From the NCBI GenBank assembly GCA_964453265.1, contig CAYVNU010000002.1, positions 40,619 to 104,618 of the forward strand: a DNA stretch of 64,000 bases, given 5' to 3'. Shown here in pieces: positions 28,388-36,997 of the stretch (its first letter is position 1; the number at the start of each line of letters is the position of its first letter). A model generated the notes under the pieces. It was given only the letters and a program-made list of their open reading frames with translations, made no database searches and had not been told where the DNA came from. This DNA is from an uncultured Candidatus Saccharibacteria bacterium (GTDB taxonomy: Bacteria > Patescibacteriota > Doudnabacteria > UBA920). Both the position numbers and the translations under genes were made by a program.

Positions 28388-28949
28388 AAGTATATTTGCT
28401 CATGGTGCTAACTTTTAGGCCGTAATACTTTTCAATTAAATTGCCGGCATTTTCATAAATCGCATCCGCCCAGTTTAAACCCAAAAGCTCAGCAGTATTT
28501 TTTAATGCATGTTCAGACGGACCTTCTATTTCCAAATAGGTAGGAACTTGCGGCCAAGTATCTATATCTACAATTACATTGTCTTTTTTAAACGAATGTC
28601 GCTTTTTTTCCTGGGTTCTGAAATCTGTTAAATTTATTGCTTTTAAAAAATCCCTGGCAGCTTCTAAGCTGGAAACATAAAATTCAATTTCCGCAGCTTC
28701 AACAGTTTTTACGTCTTGCCTATGATTTTTATAAGTTAAAAGTATGCCGGCTTTTGTTTTCCTCAGCCTAACATAGGTTGTTTGAATTTTCCGGTTTTTT
28801 ACCCACTCAAGCGCTTTGTCGTAAAAAACTATTTCCGTAAAAAAGTCTTCACTCAAATCTTCAAAACCATTTTTCAAAAGACGGGTTTTTATTTCATCAA
28901 CATTAATTTCTTTAAATCTAATTTCAATTTCTTTATTTTGGTTGTTCAT
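28359..28949 (-). CDS. CYTH-domain protein (triphosphate tunnel metalloenzyme; CyaB / ThTPase-like)
   Basis: EIEIRF, VRLRK and EIEF. These are the ExExK...RxR...ExE motifs of CYTH. Confidence 0.7.
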   Translation of the reverse strand: MNNQNKEIEIRFKEINVDEIKTRLLKNGFEDLSEDFFTEIVFYDKALEWVKNRKIQTTYVRLRKTKAGILLTYKNHRQDVKTVEAAEIEFYVSSLEAARDFLKAINLTDFRTQEKKRHSFKKDNVIVDIDTWPQVPTYLEIEGPSEHALKNTAELLGLNWADAIYENAGNLIEKYYGLKVSTMSKYTFDEIKYQNN

Positions 28950-29754
28950 TGGTTGGTTTTTTAAATCTTACTTCAGCAAGTTTCTTTGGGTCTATTTTAA
29001 ACTTTTCTTTATACATATCCGCGTCAGTGCCATTAAAAAGCTCTGAATCTTTAAAACCTAAAAGCTTAATTACTTTATTTCTAACGCTATTATCCGCACA
29101 CTCAACTTCCAGCCAGTTTGGAACATTTATAAAAGGACTAGTGTCATATTTAACCTTTACATGCTGATCTTGAAAATCAAATTCGTAATTTGTCCGTTTT
29201 TTTTCCCGCACAGTTTCAAGATTATAGCCAAAAGTTTTTAGAATATTTACCAACTTATCTTTTTGAGTTATCCTAGCCTCTATTTCATCTCTTTCTTTAT
29301 GGGATTTTTTCTTTGTAATTTCACCTTTAACTGAAAAAATTACAGCATCTCCATCTATTCTTAATCTAACTGTTTTTGTTGAATCGTAATATTTTGATGA
29401 AATATACAAAAAATCTTCTGAGCTATAATAGCCCATTTGATTTTCAATTTTTACACCTAAAAAATCAAGTGCTGATTTTAGCTTATCAGATTCTTCTTTA
29501 TTCTCAGCAATCCTTTCAAAATCTACCTGGGAAAAACTTTCCCCTCCGGTATGCATTTGTCCATCATGAGCAAATTTTGCGTCAGACAAAAGCCTGTCTT
29601 TTTCTCCTATTACTTGAGCTTTAAAAAGCTTAACTAAGTCTTGCTCTAACCTTTCCCTATCAATTCCGCCATTAGGAATAACCTTAACTTCTCGTGCAGA
29701 AGTCGGTTTATGAAAAAATTCCACCATCCTGCTGCCTACTTCCCTTATGCCCAT
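28933..29754 (-). CDS. Second CYTH-domain protein with an N-terminal extension of about 110 aa
   Basis: TVRLRIDGDAVIFSVKGE, EIEARI, YEFDF and WLEVE in the C-terminal 160 aa. Overlaps the downstream CYTH gene by 17 nt. Confidence 0.55.
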   Translation of the reverse strand: MGIREVGSRMVEFFHKPTSAREVKVIPNGGIDRERLEQDLVKLFKAQVIGEKDRLLSDAKFAHDGQMHTGGESFSQVDFERIAENKEESDKLKSALDFLGVKIENQMGYYSSEDFLYISSKYYDSTKTVRLRIDGDAVIFSVKGEITKKKSHKERDEIEARITQKDKLVNILKTFGYNLETVREKKRTNYEFDFQDQHVKVKYDTSPFINVPNWLEVECADNSVRNKVIKLLGFKDSELFNGTDADMYKEKFKIDPKKLAEVRFKKPTNEQPK

Positions 29755-29762
29755 AATTAAAA

Positions 29763-30032
29763 TTATTTTTGTTCTTCTGGTTTTGCTGCCTTTGCCTTTT
29801 CTAATTCATCTATAGCTTCATTGATTTTTTTGCTGTAATCCTGCACTTCCTGGCGTTTAGTGGTTAAATATTCAGCAATGGTTTTCGGGTCTGCCTTAGT
29901 CATTAAAGCTAAAATCGCAATAAATGCTGAATTCGTAACTAAATTTCTGTCCATTGCTTGCATGTGACTGGCTATTTCGTATAAAGCCATTTCGGTTTTA
30001 GTCGGTTGTTTTTGCTTAAAATCATTTGCCAT
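29763..30032 (-). CDS. Hypothetical small helical protein (89 aa)
   Basis: ORF lying between the HD hydrolase and the CYTH genes. Confidence 0.45.
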   Translation of the reverse strand: MANDFKQKQPTKTEMALYEIASHMQAMDRNLVTNSAFIAILALMTKADPKTIAEYLTTKRQEVQDYSKKINEAIDELEKAKAAKPEEQK

Positions 30033-30109
30033 AAAGTTATGGTGCCTTTCGTATTAATTTAATACCTTCCACTCCGTAAATAAAAAATTATTTAATAAAT
30101 TTTGATTAA

Positions 30110-30721
30110 TTATTTTTTCCAACTTCTGTCTTTTGCTTTTCTGTCTACAAACCAGGCGTCTTTGGCGTTAAACCACCAGCCATCCGGATGAGTTTTGGCC
30201 AAAACTTTCCCCAATTCTTTACCGGTTTTAGTCTTAAGCCGTTTTTGCGCTATTACAATCCACTGTTTTGCTTTGCTGTTGCCTTTAATCTCCTCTTCTC
30301 TTAACGTAGACATCCATTCTAATTGGTCGGCATCTTTTACTAATTTCGCCTCTAAACTAATTTTTAATTGCTCTTCTTTAAATAAAGCTAAAATTTCCTC
30401 ACCAAAAGGCAAATTCTTTGCAATATCTTTTACTGCTTCGTCTTCCGCCAAACGGCCATACCTTTGGTGCACATAATTATGATCTGAGGTTCTACCTTCG
30501 CCAATATCATGGAAAAGTGCCATTAGCACTGTCTTACCTACGTTAGCTTTTTTCTCCATTTTTGCCAACACATAGGCAATCATAGCTGTATGAAATAAAT
30601 GTTCAGCTACAGACTGACTGCCACTGCCTAAAAACCATAAACCAGACCTGGGAGTCTTACTGTGAATTCCGGTTTCATAAACAAAACCGGCCAGCTGTTT
30701 GTAAATATTAGTTTTTTTCAT
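30110..30721 (-). CDS. HD-domain phosphohydrolase (YfbR-like 5'-deoxynucleotidase)
   Basis: HLFHTAMIA, LFHDIGE and DADQLE. This is the H...HD...D arrangement of an HD domain. Confidence 0.7.
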   Translation of the reverse strand: MKKTNIYKQLAGFVYETGIHSKTPRSGLWFLGSGSQSVAEHLFHTAMIAYVLAKMEKKANVGKTVLMALFHDIGEGRTSDHNYVHQRYGRLAEDEAVKDIAKNLPFGEEILALFKEEQLKISLEAKLVKDADQLEWMSTLREEEIKGNSKAKQWIVIAQKRLKTKTGKELGKVLAKTHPDGWWFNAKDAWFVDRKAKDRSWKK

Positions 30722-30730
30722 AAAAATATT

Positions 30731-33490
30731 TTATGATTTTTTATGATACGGCGCGTTTACCATTCCGCACTTTTTATACTTATACACTTTGCCGGTTTCG
30801 GGGTTAATTGCTCCGCAAGGGCAAGGGTCGTTGCGGCCTACATTTTCTGTTTTTACGCCTTCGGATGAATTATAATTTGAAGATAATAAGGGACTTTCAG
30901 TTTTATTGGTAACTAAATTGCTCGGAACAGAAGTTTGCTGATTTGCTGATAAATTGGGCTGAACATTAATATGAAAAATGGTATAAACCATTTGCTTGTT
31001 CATTTCTTTTATTAAGTTTTGAAACATAATAAAACCCTCTTTTTTGTACTCAACCAACGGGTCTCTTTGACCATAGCCTCTTAAGCGCACAGAGTCCCTT
31101 AAATGATCCATGGTATCTAAATGCTCCATCCATAAAGTATCCATAGCCTGCAAAGCTACAAAACGCATGGCTCCGTCAAACACTTCCTCTCCCATTTCTT
31201 TTTCTTTTTCCTCAAAAAGTTTTACCGCTTTTTGGCTCAGCGCGTCAACAACGGCAAATTCTTTATTTGCAGCGTTTTGAGCTGCGGTTTTTATTTCATT
31301 TGCCAAAGCTGTGTCAACAGGAATAATTGCGCCAATTGTTTTAATTAAGCTATCCCAATCTTCTTTAGTATTACCGTTTTCATCGAGAGTGTTTAAATTT
31401 TGAGTTGCTAGTTCCGAAAATTCATTCTTTATTAACTCCAAAAACTCTTCTTTCAATGTTTTACTATCTTCCAGTTTTTCCTTTGGATAGCCGGGCAAAA
31501 AACGCCTGCGGATTTTGTAAATTATATTGCGCTGATGGTTTAATACGTCATCAAATTCCAAAACGTGCTTGCGAGTGTCAAAGTTAAGGCCTTCAATTTT
31601 CTTTTGCGCAGATTCAATCGAGCGAGAGACCATTTTGGCCTCTATTGGCTGCTCGTCGGGAAGACCCAAAGAAGTCATAAGACTTTTCATCCGCTCACCA
31701 CCAAAAAGACGCATAAGGTCATCTTCCATGGAAACAAAGAACTGCGAAGAACCCGGGTCGCCTTGGCGTCCGGATCTACCTCTTAATTGATTGTCAATTC
31801 TGCGAGATTCATGGCGCTCCGTGCCTAAAATATGCAACCCACCGGCCTTTTTGACCGCTTCTGCCTCTTCAGGGTTAACCGGATTACCACCAAGCAAAAT
31901 GTCCACACCACGGCCGGCAATATTTGTAGCTAAAGTTACTGAACCAAAACGCCCGGCCTGAGAAATAATATGCGCTTCACGTTCATGATTTTTGGCATTT
32001 AAAATTTCAAATTGCACACCTTCCTTTTTTAAAACTTCCGCCAACATTTCATTTTTCGCAATACTAACAGTACCGATTAACACCGGTTGGCCTTTTTTAT
32101 TTCTCTCTTTAACTTCTTGAGCAATGGACTTAAATTTTGCTTCTTCAGTTTTATAAACTACATCGGGCAAATCTTGCCTAACCATAGTTCTGTTAGTCGG
32201 AATCTGTTCAATAGTCAGCCTATAAATTTTAAAGAATTCCTCTTCTTCAGTTTTCGCCGTGCCGGTCATGCCGGATAAAAACCAATACAGTCTAAACAAA
32301 TTCTGAAAAGTAATAGTGGCTAAGGTTTTACTTTCTTGTTGAATTTTTACATTTTCTTTCGCCTCAATTGCCTGATGAAGTCCTTCGCTATATCTACGGC
32401 CAAACATAAGCCTGCCAGTAAATTCGTCGACAATAATAATTTCTCCTTCACGGACAACATAATCACGGTCAACTTTAAACAAAGTTCTTGCTCTTAAAGC
32501 CTGCTCAATATGATGAATGGTAGTTACGCCTTTACTGGTGTCGTAAATATTCGGAACTTTTAAAATGCCTTCTATTTTATTTATACCCGCATCGGTTAAA
32601 CTGGCGGCTTTATGTTTTTCGTCTACTGTGTAGTCTAGTTTTTCATCTAAACGGTCGATAATTTTAGCGTATTCATAATATTTACTGGTCGGCTCAGTGT
32701 CGGGCGTACTAATAATTAAAGGCGTCCTGGCTTCATCTATTAAAATTGAGTCAACTTCGTCGACAATTGCAAAAAATAAATCACGCTGAGTCATTTGGCT
32801 AAAATGCTGAACCATGTTGTCGCGCAAATAATCAAAACCAAATTCATTGTTAGTTCCGTAAGTTATATCGGCCGCGTAAGCTTCTTTTCTGGTAATAGGT
32901 CTCATGTGCTTAACGTCTAAAACAAGTCCTTGAGTTTCGCCTTCCAACTTTTTTACTTCTTCGTCTTCCGGCTTATATTCCGGGTCATACAAAAAACTCG
33001 CTTCATGCTGAATGGAGGCAACGCTTAAGCCTAAAAATTTAAACAAAGGACCAATTAAAGAAGCTTGCCAGCGGGCTAAATAATCGTTAACGGTAACTAA
33101 ATGTGCGCCCTTGCCTGCAAGTGCATATAAAACCAAAGGCAAAGTAGCGGTTAAAGTCTTGCCTTCACCGGTTTTCATTTCTGAAATTTTGTTGTCTGAA
33201 AGCGCGAGTCCGCCGACAATTTGCACGTCGTAATGAGTTTGCCCCAAAGTTCTTTTACTAGCTTCTCTTACCAATGCAAAAACTCTGGTTCTTACTTCCA
33301 GAATTTTTTCTTTTATTTCTTCTTTGGTCTGCAGCTTAGAAAATTCCTGCTTAAAATTTGCTATTTCAGCCTGGATTTGTTCTTGAGTTAAACCCGCGAT
33401 TTCTTCTTTAAAACTATTAACTTCTAAAAGTTCGGTTTTATAGCTATCCAATGCGCTTTTTTCACCGAATAATTTGTTTAAAAATGACAT
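30731..33490 (-). CDS. secA: Preprotein translocase ATPase SecA
   Basis: 919 aa with DEAD motor motifs (MKTGEGKT, DEVDSILIDEARTPLIIS) and a C-terminal Cys-rich tail (CPCG...C). Confidence 0.95.
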   Translation of the reverse strand: MSFLNKLFGEKSALDSYKTELLEVNSFKEEIAGLTQEQIQAEIANFKQEFSKLQTKEEIKEKILEVRTRVFALVREASKRTLGQTHYDVQIVGGLALSDNKISEMKTGEGKTLTATLPLVLYALAGKGAHLVTVNDYLARWQASLIGPLFKFLGLSVASIQHEASFLYDPEYKPEDEEVKKLEGETQGLVLDVKHMRPITRKEAYAADITYGTNNEFGFDYLRDNMVQHFSQMTQRDLFFAIVDEVDSILIDEARTPLIISTPDTEPTSKYYEYAKIIDRLDEKLDYTVDEKHKAASLTDAGINKIEGILKVPNIYDTSKGVTTIHHIEQALRARTLFKVDRDYVVREGEIIIVDEFTGRLMFGRRYSEGLHQAIEAKENVKIQQESKTLATITFQNLFRLYWFLSGMTGTAKTEEEEFFKIYRLTIEQIPTNRTMVRQDLPDVVYKTEEAKFKSIAQEVKERNKKGQPVLIGTVSIAKNEMLAEVLKKEGVQFEILNAKNHEREAHIISQAGRFGSVTLATNIAGRGVDILLGGNPVNPEEAEAVKKAGGLHILGTERHESRRIDNQLRGRSGRQGDPGSSQFFVSMEDDLMRLFGGERMKSLMTSLGLPDEQPIEAKMVSRSIESAQKKIEGLNFDTRKHVLEFDDVLNHQRNIIYKIRRRFLPGYPKEKLEDSKTLKEEFLELIKNEFSELATQNLNTLDENGNTKEDWDSLIKTIGAIIPVDTALANEIKTAAQNAANKEFAVVDALSQKAVKLFEEKEKEMGEEVFDGAMRFVALQAMDTLWMEHLDTMDHLRDSVRLRGYGQRDPLVEYKKEGFIMFQNLIKEMNKQMVYTIFHINVQPNLSANQQTSVPSNLVTNKTESPLLSSNYNSSEGVKTENVGRNDPCPCGAINPETGKVYKYKKCGMVNAPYHKKS

Positions 33491-33580
33491 AAATATAGCT
33501 GTTTATTACCTAAAGAGTATATCATTATTACCGGCATTTGAAAACCCTTAAATTTAAGCTTGTTACTAATAATACTACAA

Positions 33581-33619
33581 GGCCGGCCATCATGATTTTG
33601 ATGGCCGGCTGGGTTTTTT
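33581..33619 (+). terminator. Strong terminator-like hairpin
   Basis: ggccggccatca-tgattt-tgatggccggc followed by tgggtttttt. Confidence 0.5.
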
Positions 33620-34079
33620 CCCGAAAAGTTTTTCAAACTTTTCGGGGCTCATCTCCTCAACCTTTCTGCCGGACATCCCGGCAAAAAATGAAGAGATTTC
33701 ATAGCACACCCTCAAGGTGTGCTCGGAGCTCCACTCAAACGAGTGGAGCTGATATGTTTTTCCCATACCGCCTCCTCGCAGGCAAGCCCAGCGCGCTTGT
33801 AATTCCCGCTATGTGATTTTGCGCTGGCGATTAGTTACAAAAATAACCAATCGCCAATTCAAATTTAGAGTCCTTTTGCACTAGCGTACTAGCCTGCCCG
33901 CCGACTCGTCCGACAAAGTCCGCCTCAGGCGGACGAAGTTGGAAGCTTTAGTGAAGGAGGGTACGGTGATACACGGAAATATTTAAGGGAAACCTCTTCT
34001 TAATCAACTATTTAAATAACTAACTAAGAAAGGGTGGCAGGTTTTTTAGGCCTGCCAAAATTGTTGATTTCAAAACTCA
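33620..34079. other. GC-rich hairpin-dense non-coding block
   Basis: Six or more perfect or near-perfect hairpins, for example cccgaaaagt/acttttcggg, agcacacc/ggtgtgct, gctccactc/gagtggagc, gtccgcc/ggcggac and ggcagg/cctgcc. The only ORF (33538..33816 +) looks spurious. Confidence 0.3.
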
Positions 34080-34526
34080 CTACTTCTCAAAAATTTTTTT
34101 CTGCAGGGAATTTATTAGACAAAAACGACTCTTTTGATTCTTGGACGTAATGATTTCCCCTTTACGCTCAGCCTTATAGAAGGCCTTTAAAACACCCAGT
34201 AGTTGTTTTGTCCAAAGCATTTTTTTGTACCCCTGAACTACAAAGGCTTCTAATTCCCTAGAGTATCTATTTTGAGAGGCAATTTCTGCCAGTAAATCTT
34301 CTTGAGTAATTTTTGCCATCAACAGCTCTCTAGCCTCTCGTTTTCGATCATTGGTTTCTATGACAACATATGTTTTCCCAGTCAAACTGCTCAGAGTTTT
34401 GAGCAATACAGCAATCTTTTGTTCCCGACGAGTAACAACTGAGTTATGGACAACTCCTTTTTGTTGAAAAACCATTGAACCCTCTTTCCTTGCAAGCGAG
34501 TACCCTAGCGCTCTTACCGCCTGCAT
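34080..34526 (-). CDS. Hypothetical protein (148 aa), an orphan ORF embedded in the GC-rich block
   Basis: ORF only. No recognisable motif. Flanked by the ttttgcgctgg direct repeats. Confidence 0.4.
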   Translation of the reverse strand: MQAVRALGYSLARKEGSMVFQQKGVVHNSVVTRREQKIAVLLKTLSSLTGKTYVVIETNDRKREARELLMAKITQEDLLAEIASQNRYSRELEAFVVQGYKKMLWTKQLLGVLKAFYKAERKGEIITSKNQKSRFCLINSLQKKIFEK

Positions 34527-34617
34527 TGTAGTTTTGCGCTGGTGACCAGGCTGTCATTCCAAACGTGGTGAGAAATCCCTTATAATTTAACGTTCGATCA
34601 TTGTTAGATAATCAAAA

Positions 34618-34682
34618 GTTAAGGGATCCCTCCGCTCCTCGCCAATTTTATTTCATTAAAATTGGCTCGTCGGTCGGGATGA
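34618..34682. repeat. Dispersed GC-rich repeat, copy R3 (gttaagggatccctccgctcctcgcc...cgggatg)
   Basis: Shares the 15-mer ttaagggatccctcc and the terminal cgggatg with R4. Confidence 0.45.
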
Positions 34683-34859
34683 CAAAACTCATCAAAACAA
34701 AACCACCTTCCGCAAAGAAAGGTGGTTAGGAAAGTTTTGTAACAATGCTAAACCCCAGACTTTGCGAAAGAAGGCAAAGTCCACCAAGCTGATACTGTAT
34801 ATTTTATAACTGCTTTACTCATAAAAATATGATAAACCATCGACTGGCCTATGTCAATA

Positions 34860-34873
34860 GCGTACTAGTACGC
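34860..34873. promoter_or_regulatory. Perfect 14-bp palindrome gcgtactagtacgc, a TrpR-family operator-like CTAG site upstream of yerC
   Basis: Perfect palindrome located 105 bp upstream of the TrpR-like gene. A related CTAG-n4-CTAG site (ctagcgtactag) lies at 33881-33892. Confidence 0.4.
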
Positions 34874-34977
34874 TGAAACACATAAATAATTAAGTTTATT
34901 TGAATTATCCACATCTTTATTTACAAAATCTTTTACTAATGTTACCGTACAAGTAACTCTACTAATAACAAATATTT

Positions 34978-35268
34978 ATGAAATACAAGCATGAGTACGG
35001 TGTAGAATTAGAAAAGTTAATAGAAAAAATAGGTCAAACCAAAGACAATAAACTAATGCGTGAGTTTTTGTTTGATTTACTCTCCCCTGCTGAGTACCGA
35101 GAAGTGGCTGTTAGATGGCAAATTGTCAAAATGCTTAACAAAAACATTCCACACCGGGAAATATCTAAAACACTAAAAGTTGGTTTAGCTACAATAAACC
35201 GAGGCGCGAGAGAATTGGTCAATAAAAAAGGCGGCTTTAAAACTGTATTAAATAAATTTTTTAAATAA
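34978..35268 (+). CDS. yerC: TrpR-like DNA-binding protein (YerC/YecD family)
   Basis: 96 aa. The stretch REVAVRWQIVKML...ISKTLKVGLATINRGAREL matches the TrpR/YerC helix-turn-helix. Confidence 0.75.
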   Translation: MKYKHEYGVELEKLIEKIGQTKDNKLMREFLFDLLSPAEYREVAVRWQIVKMLNKNIPHREISKTLKVGLATINRGARELVNKKGGFKTVLNKFFK

Positions 35269-35324
35269 GCTGTAAAAAATCTTATCAAAAATTAAACCCT
35301 GTTTTATACAGGGTTTAACTTATT

Positions 35325-35642
35325 TTATATTTTCTGTCTGCGTCTTCTAAGGCTAACTTGCTTGTCTTTCTCTTTAGCCAATTGTTCTTTTATTTTAGGC
35401 AAAACTAAGTCTAAAGCTGCGTAAAAATCTATACCTAAACTATCTGCGTAATAACCCGCCGGCTGAATATCTATTTCCGCCCTGTGTACCATGCCTTTGT
35501 TATGTTTTTTTAAAACTTCCAGCTCTACTCGAATTTTGTGTTCAGGTTTAATAAACTTAGAAATTGATTCTAGCTTATTTTCAATAACTTCCCTTATTGC
35601 CGGGGTAATGGTGGTGTTAGTTGCTTTGATGTTTATATTCAT
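35325..35642 (-). CDS. hpf: Ribosome hibernation promoting factor (HPF/RaiA family)
   Basis: MNINIKATN...ITPAIREVIENKL...VELEV. The true start is probably the internal Met at 35642; the ORF track extends to 35666. Confidence 0.8.
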   Translation of the reverse strand: MNINIKATNTTITPAIREVIENKLESISKFIKPEHKIRVELEVLKKHNKGMVHRAEIDIQPAGYYADSLGIDFYAALDLVLPKIKEQLAKEKDKQVSLRRRRQKI

Positions 35643-35742
35643 AGAATGATTGACATAATTGAACAAGAATGACCATAAATGACATGATTAAATCTTGCTT
35701 AATCCTTAATTCTTTTAAATCTTGCTTTATACAGCTATTATA

Positions 35743-36957
35743 TCACACTAATTCTTTTAAATCAGAGTCAGAAAAACCTATTAATTCCGGCTCAATGTGG
35801 ATATTTATCCCGAGCTTTTCTAGGGCGGTTTTTTTAACTTGCTTAGCCAGATTTAAGACATCGCTTGCGGTAGCTTTGCCGGTTTGGTTAATTATAACCA
35901 AAGGTTGATTTTTATTAATAGCCGCCCCACCGAAAGCAAAATCTTTCAATCCGCAAATATCAAGCAAAAATGCAGTTGGTACTTTTACGCTATTGGCGTC
36001 AGTAAATTTTTTCTGTTCAAGTTTTTCAGCAGTTTCTTGGCCAAATTCTTTTTGCAACCTATTTTTTAAAATTAAAAATTCTTCTTGATTTAAAATTAAA
36101 TTTTTAAAAAATGAGCCGGCGTTACCTTTTTTAGCTTCTGTGGGAAACGGAAATTTTTTATTTCTTATTTCTATAATTGCCTGACGAATTTCTAACAGGC
36201 TTGGCTTTATATTGGCAAATTTTTGAGCTAAATCTCGGTAATTTAAAATCGGCAGAGGGTTTTTTGAAAGTTTAAAGACAATTTCAAAAATAATATACCT
36301 GCCTTTTTCAGTGCTATTAAATATGCTCTTTCGATACGAAAATCCGCAATCTGTTTTATTTAGACTTAATATTTGATGGGTTTGTTTGTCAAAAACCGTT
36401 ACAGATTCTATGAGATTTTTAGCTTCCTGTCCGTAAGCCCCGACATTTTGCACGGCAATAGCACCTGTGCTCCCGGGAATATGCGATAAATTTTCCATTC
36501 CCCACCAATTATTTTTTACCGCAAAATCAACCACACTGTCCCAATTTTCACCTGAAGCCACTTTAAGAAAAATAAAATTTTTATCCGATCCGAGTCCGCC
36601 AATTGGCGGAGAGGAATCGATTTTTTGTACATGCTGATTTATATTAAGGGATCCCTCCTCCTTCGTTAAAGCTTCGGCGGACAAGTCGGCCGCACTCGGG
36701 ATGGTTAAAACATGAAAACTTTCGATTACTTCAATCCCCTTATTTACAACCCTAATAACCAACCCGCTAAATCCACTGTCAGCTATTAATAAATTACTAC
36801 CCCCGCCCAAAATAAACACGGGTAAGTTTTTTGCTTGAGCAAATTCAAAAGCCGTTAAAGCATCAAACTGGTCTTTAACCTCGCAAAAATATTTGGCCGG
36901 CCCGCCTATTTTAAAAGTGGTGTAAGGTGCTAATTGTATATTTTCTAAAACTTTCAT
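35743..36957 (-). CDS. murB: UDP-N-acetylenolpyruvoylglucosamine reductase MurB, carrying an in-frame repeat-derived insertion
   Basis: N-terminal FAD-binding motifs (YTTFKIGGPAKYF, ILGGGSNLL). The 404-aa length exceeds typical MurB, and the dispersed GC-rich repeat at 36645-36705 lies in-frame inside it. Confidence 0.85.
   Translation of the reverse strand: MKVLENIQLAPYTTFKIGGPAKYFCEVKDQFDALTAFEFAQAKNLPVFILGGGSNLLIADSGFSGLVIRVVNKGIEVIESFHVLTIPSAADLSAEALTKEEGSLNINQHVQKIDSSPPIGGLGSDKNFIFLKVASGENWDSVVDFAVKNNWWGMENLSHIPGSTGAIAVQNVGAYGQEAKNLIESVTVFDKQTHQILSLNKTDCGFSYRKSIFNSTEKGRYIIFEIVFKLSKNPLPILNYRDLAQKFANIKPSLLEIRQAIIEIRNKKFPFPTEAKKGNAGSFFKNLILNQEEFLILKNRLQKEFGQETAEKLEQKKFTDANSVKVPTAFLLDICGLKDFAFGGAAINKNQPLVIINQTGKATASDVLNLAKQVKKTALEKLGINIHIEPELIGFSDSDLKELV
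36645..36705. repeat. Dispersed GC-rich repeat, copy R4, in-frame inside murB
   Basis: ttaagggatccctcctccttcgttaaagcttcggcggacaagtcggccgcactcgggatgg. In the murB frame it encodes TIPSAADLSAEALTKEEGSLN. Confidence 0.5.
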
Positions 36958-36997
36958 TATATGGTAGAATCTTTAAATAAATATTTAATATAATTTT

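Noticed and set aside
4796-33490. Antisense ORFs inside lepA, murJ, murD, the amidohydrolase, ATPase, pepN and secA (e.g. 5235..5432, 5982..6239, 6984..7196, 7544..7780, 11786..12109, 12752..12991, 13234..13494, 14099..14317, 18574..18825, 19098..19337, 25516..25761, 25795..26046, 31405..31790, 32087..32278)
   Set aside because: All of them lie opposite strongly supported, motif-bearing genes and have low-complexity translations. This is typical AT-rich antisense noise.
33538-33816. 92-aa ORF on the plus strand of the hairpin block
   Set aside because: It reads through five successive perfect hairpins and a terminator, and its composition is Arg/Ser/Pro-rich. The ORF is an artefact of GC-rich non-coding sequence.
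34080-34526. IS200/IS605 TnpA-like transposase as the identity of the 148-aa orphan ORF
   Set aside because: Its size fits, but there is no HuH (HxH) motif and no catalytic Tyr context. There are also no TnpB or hairpin-subterminal ends of the IS200 type.
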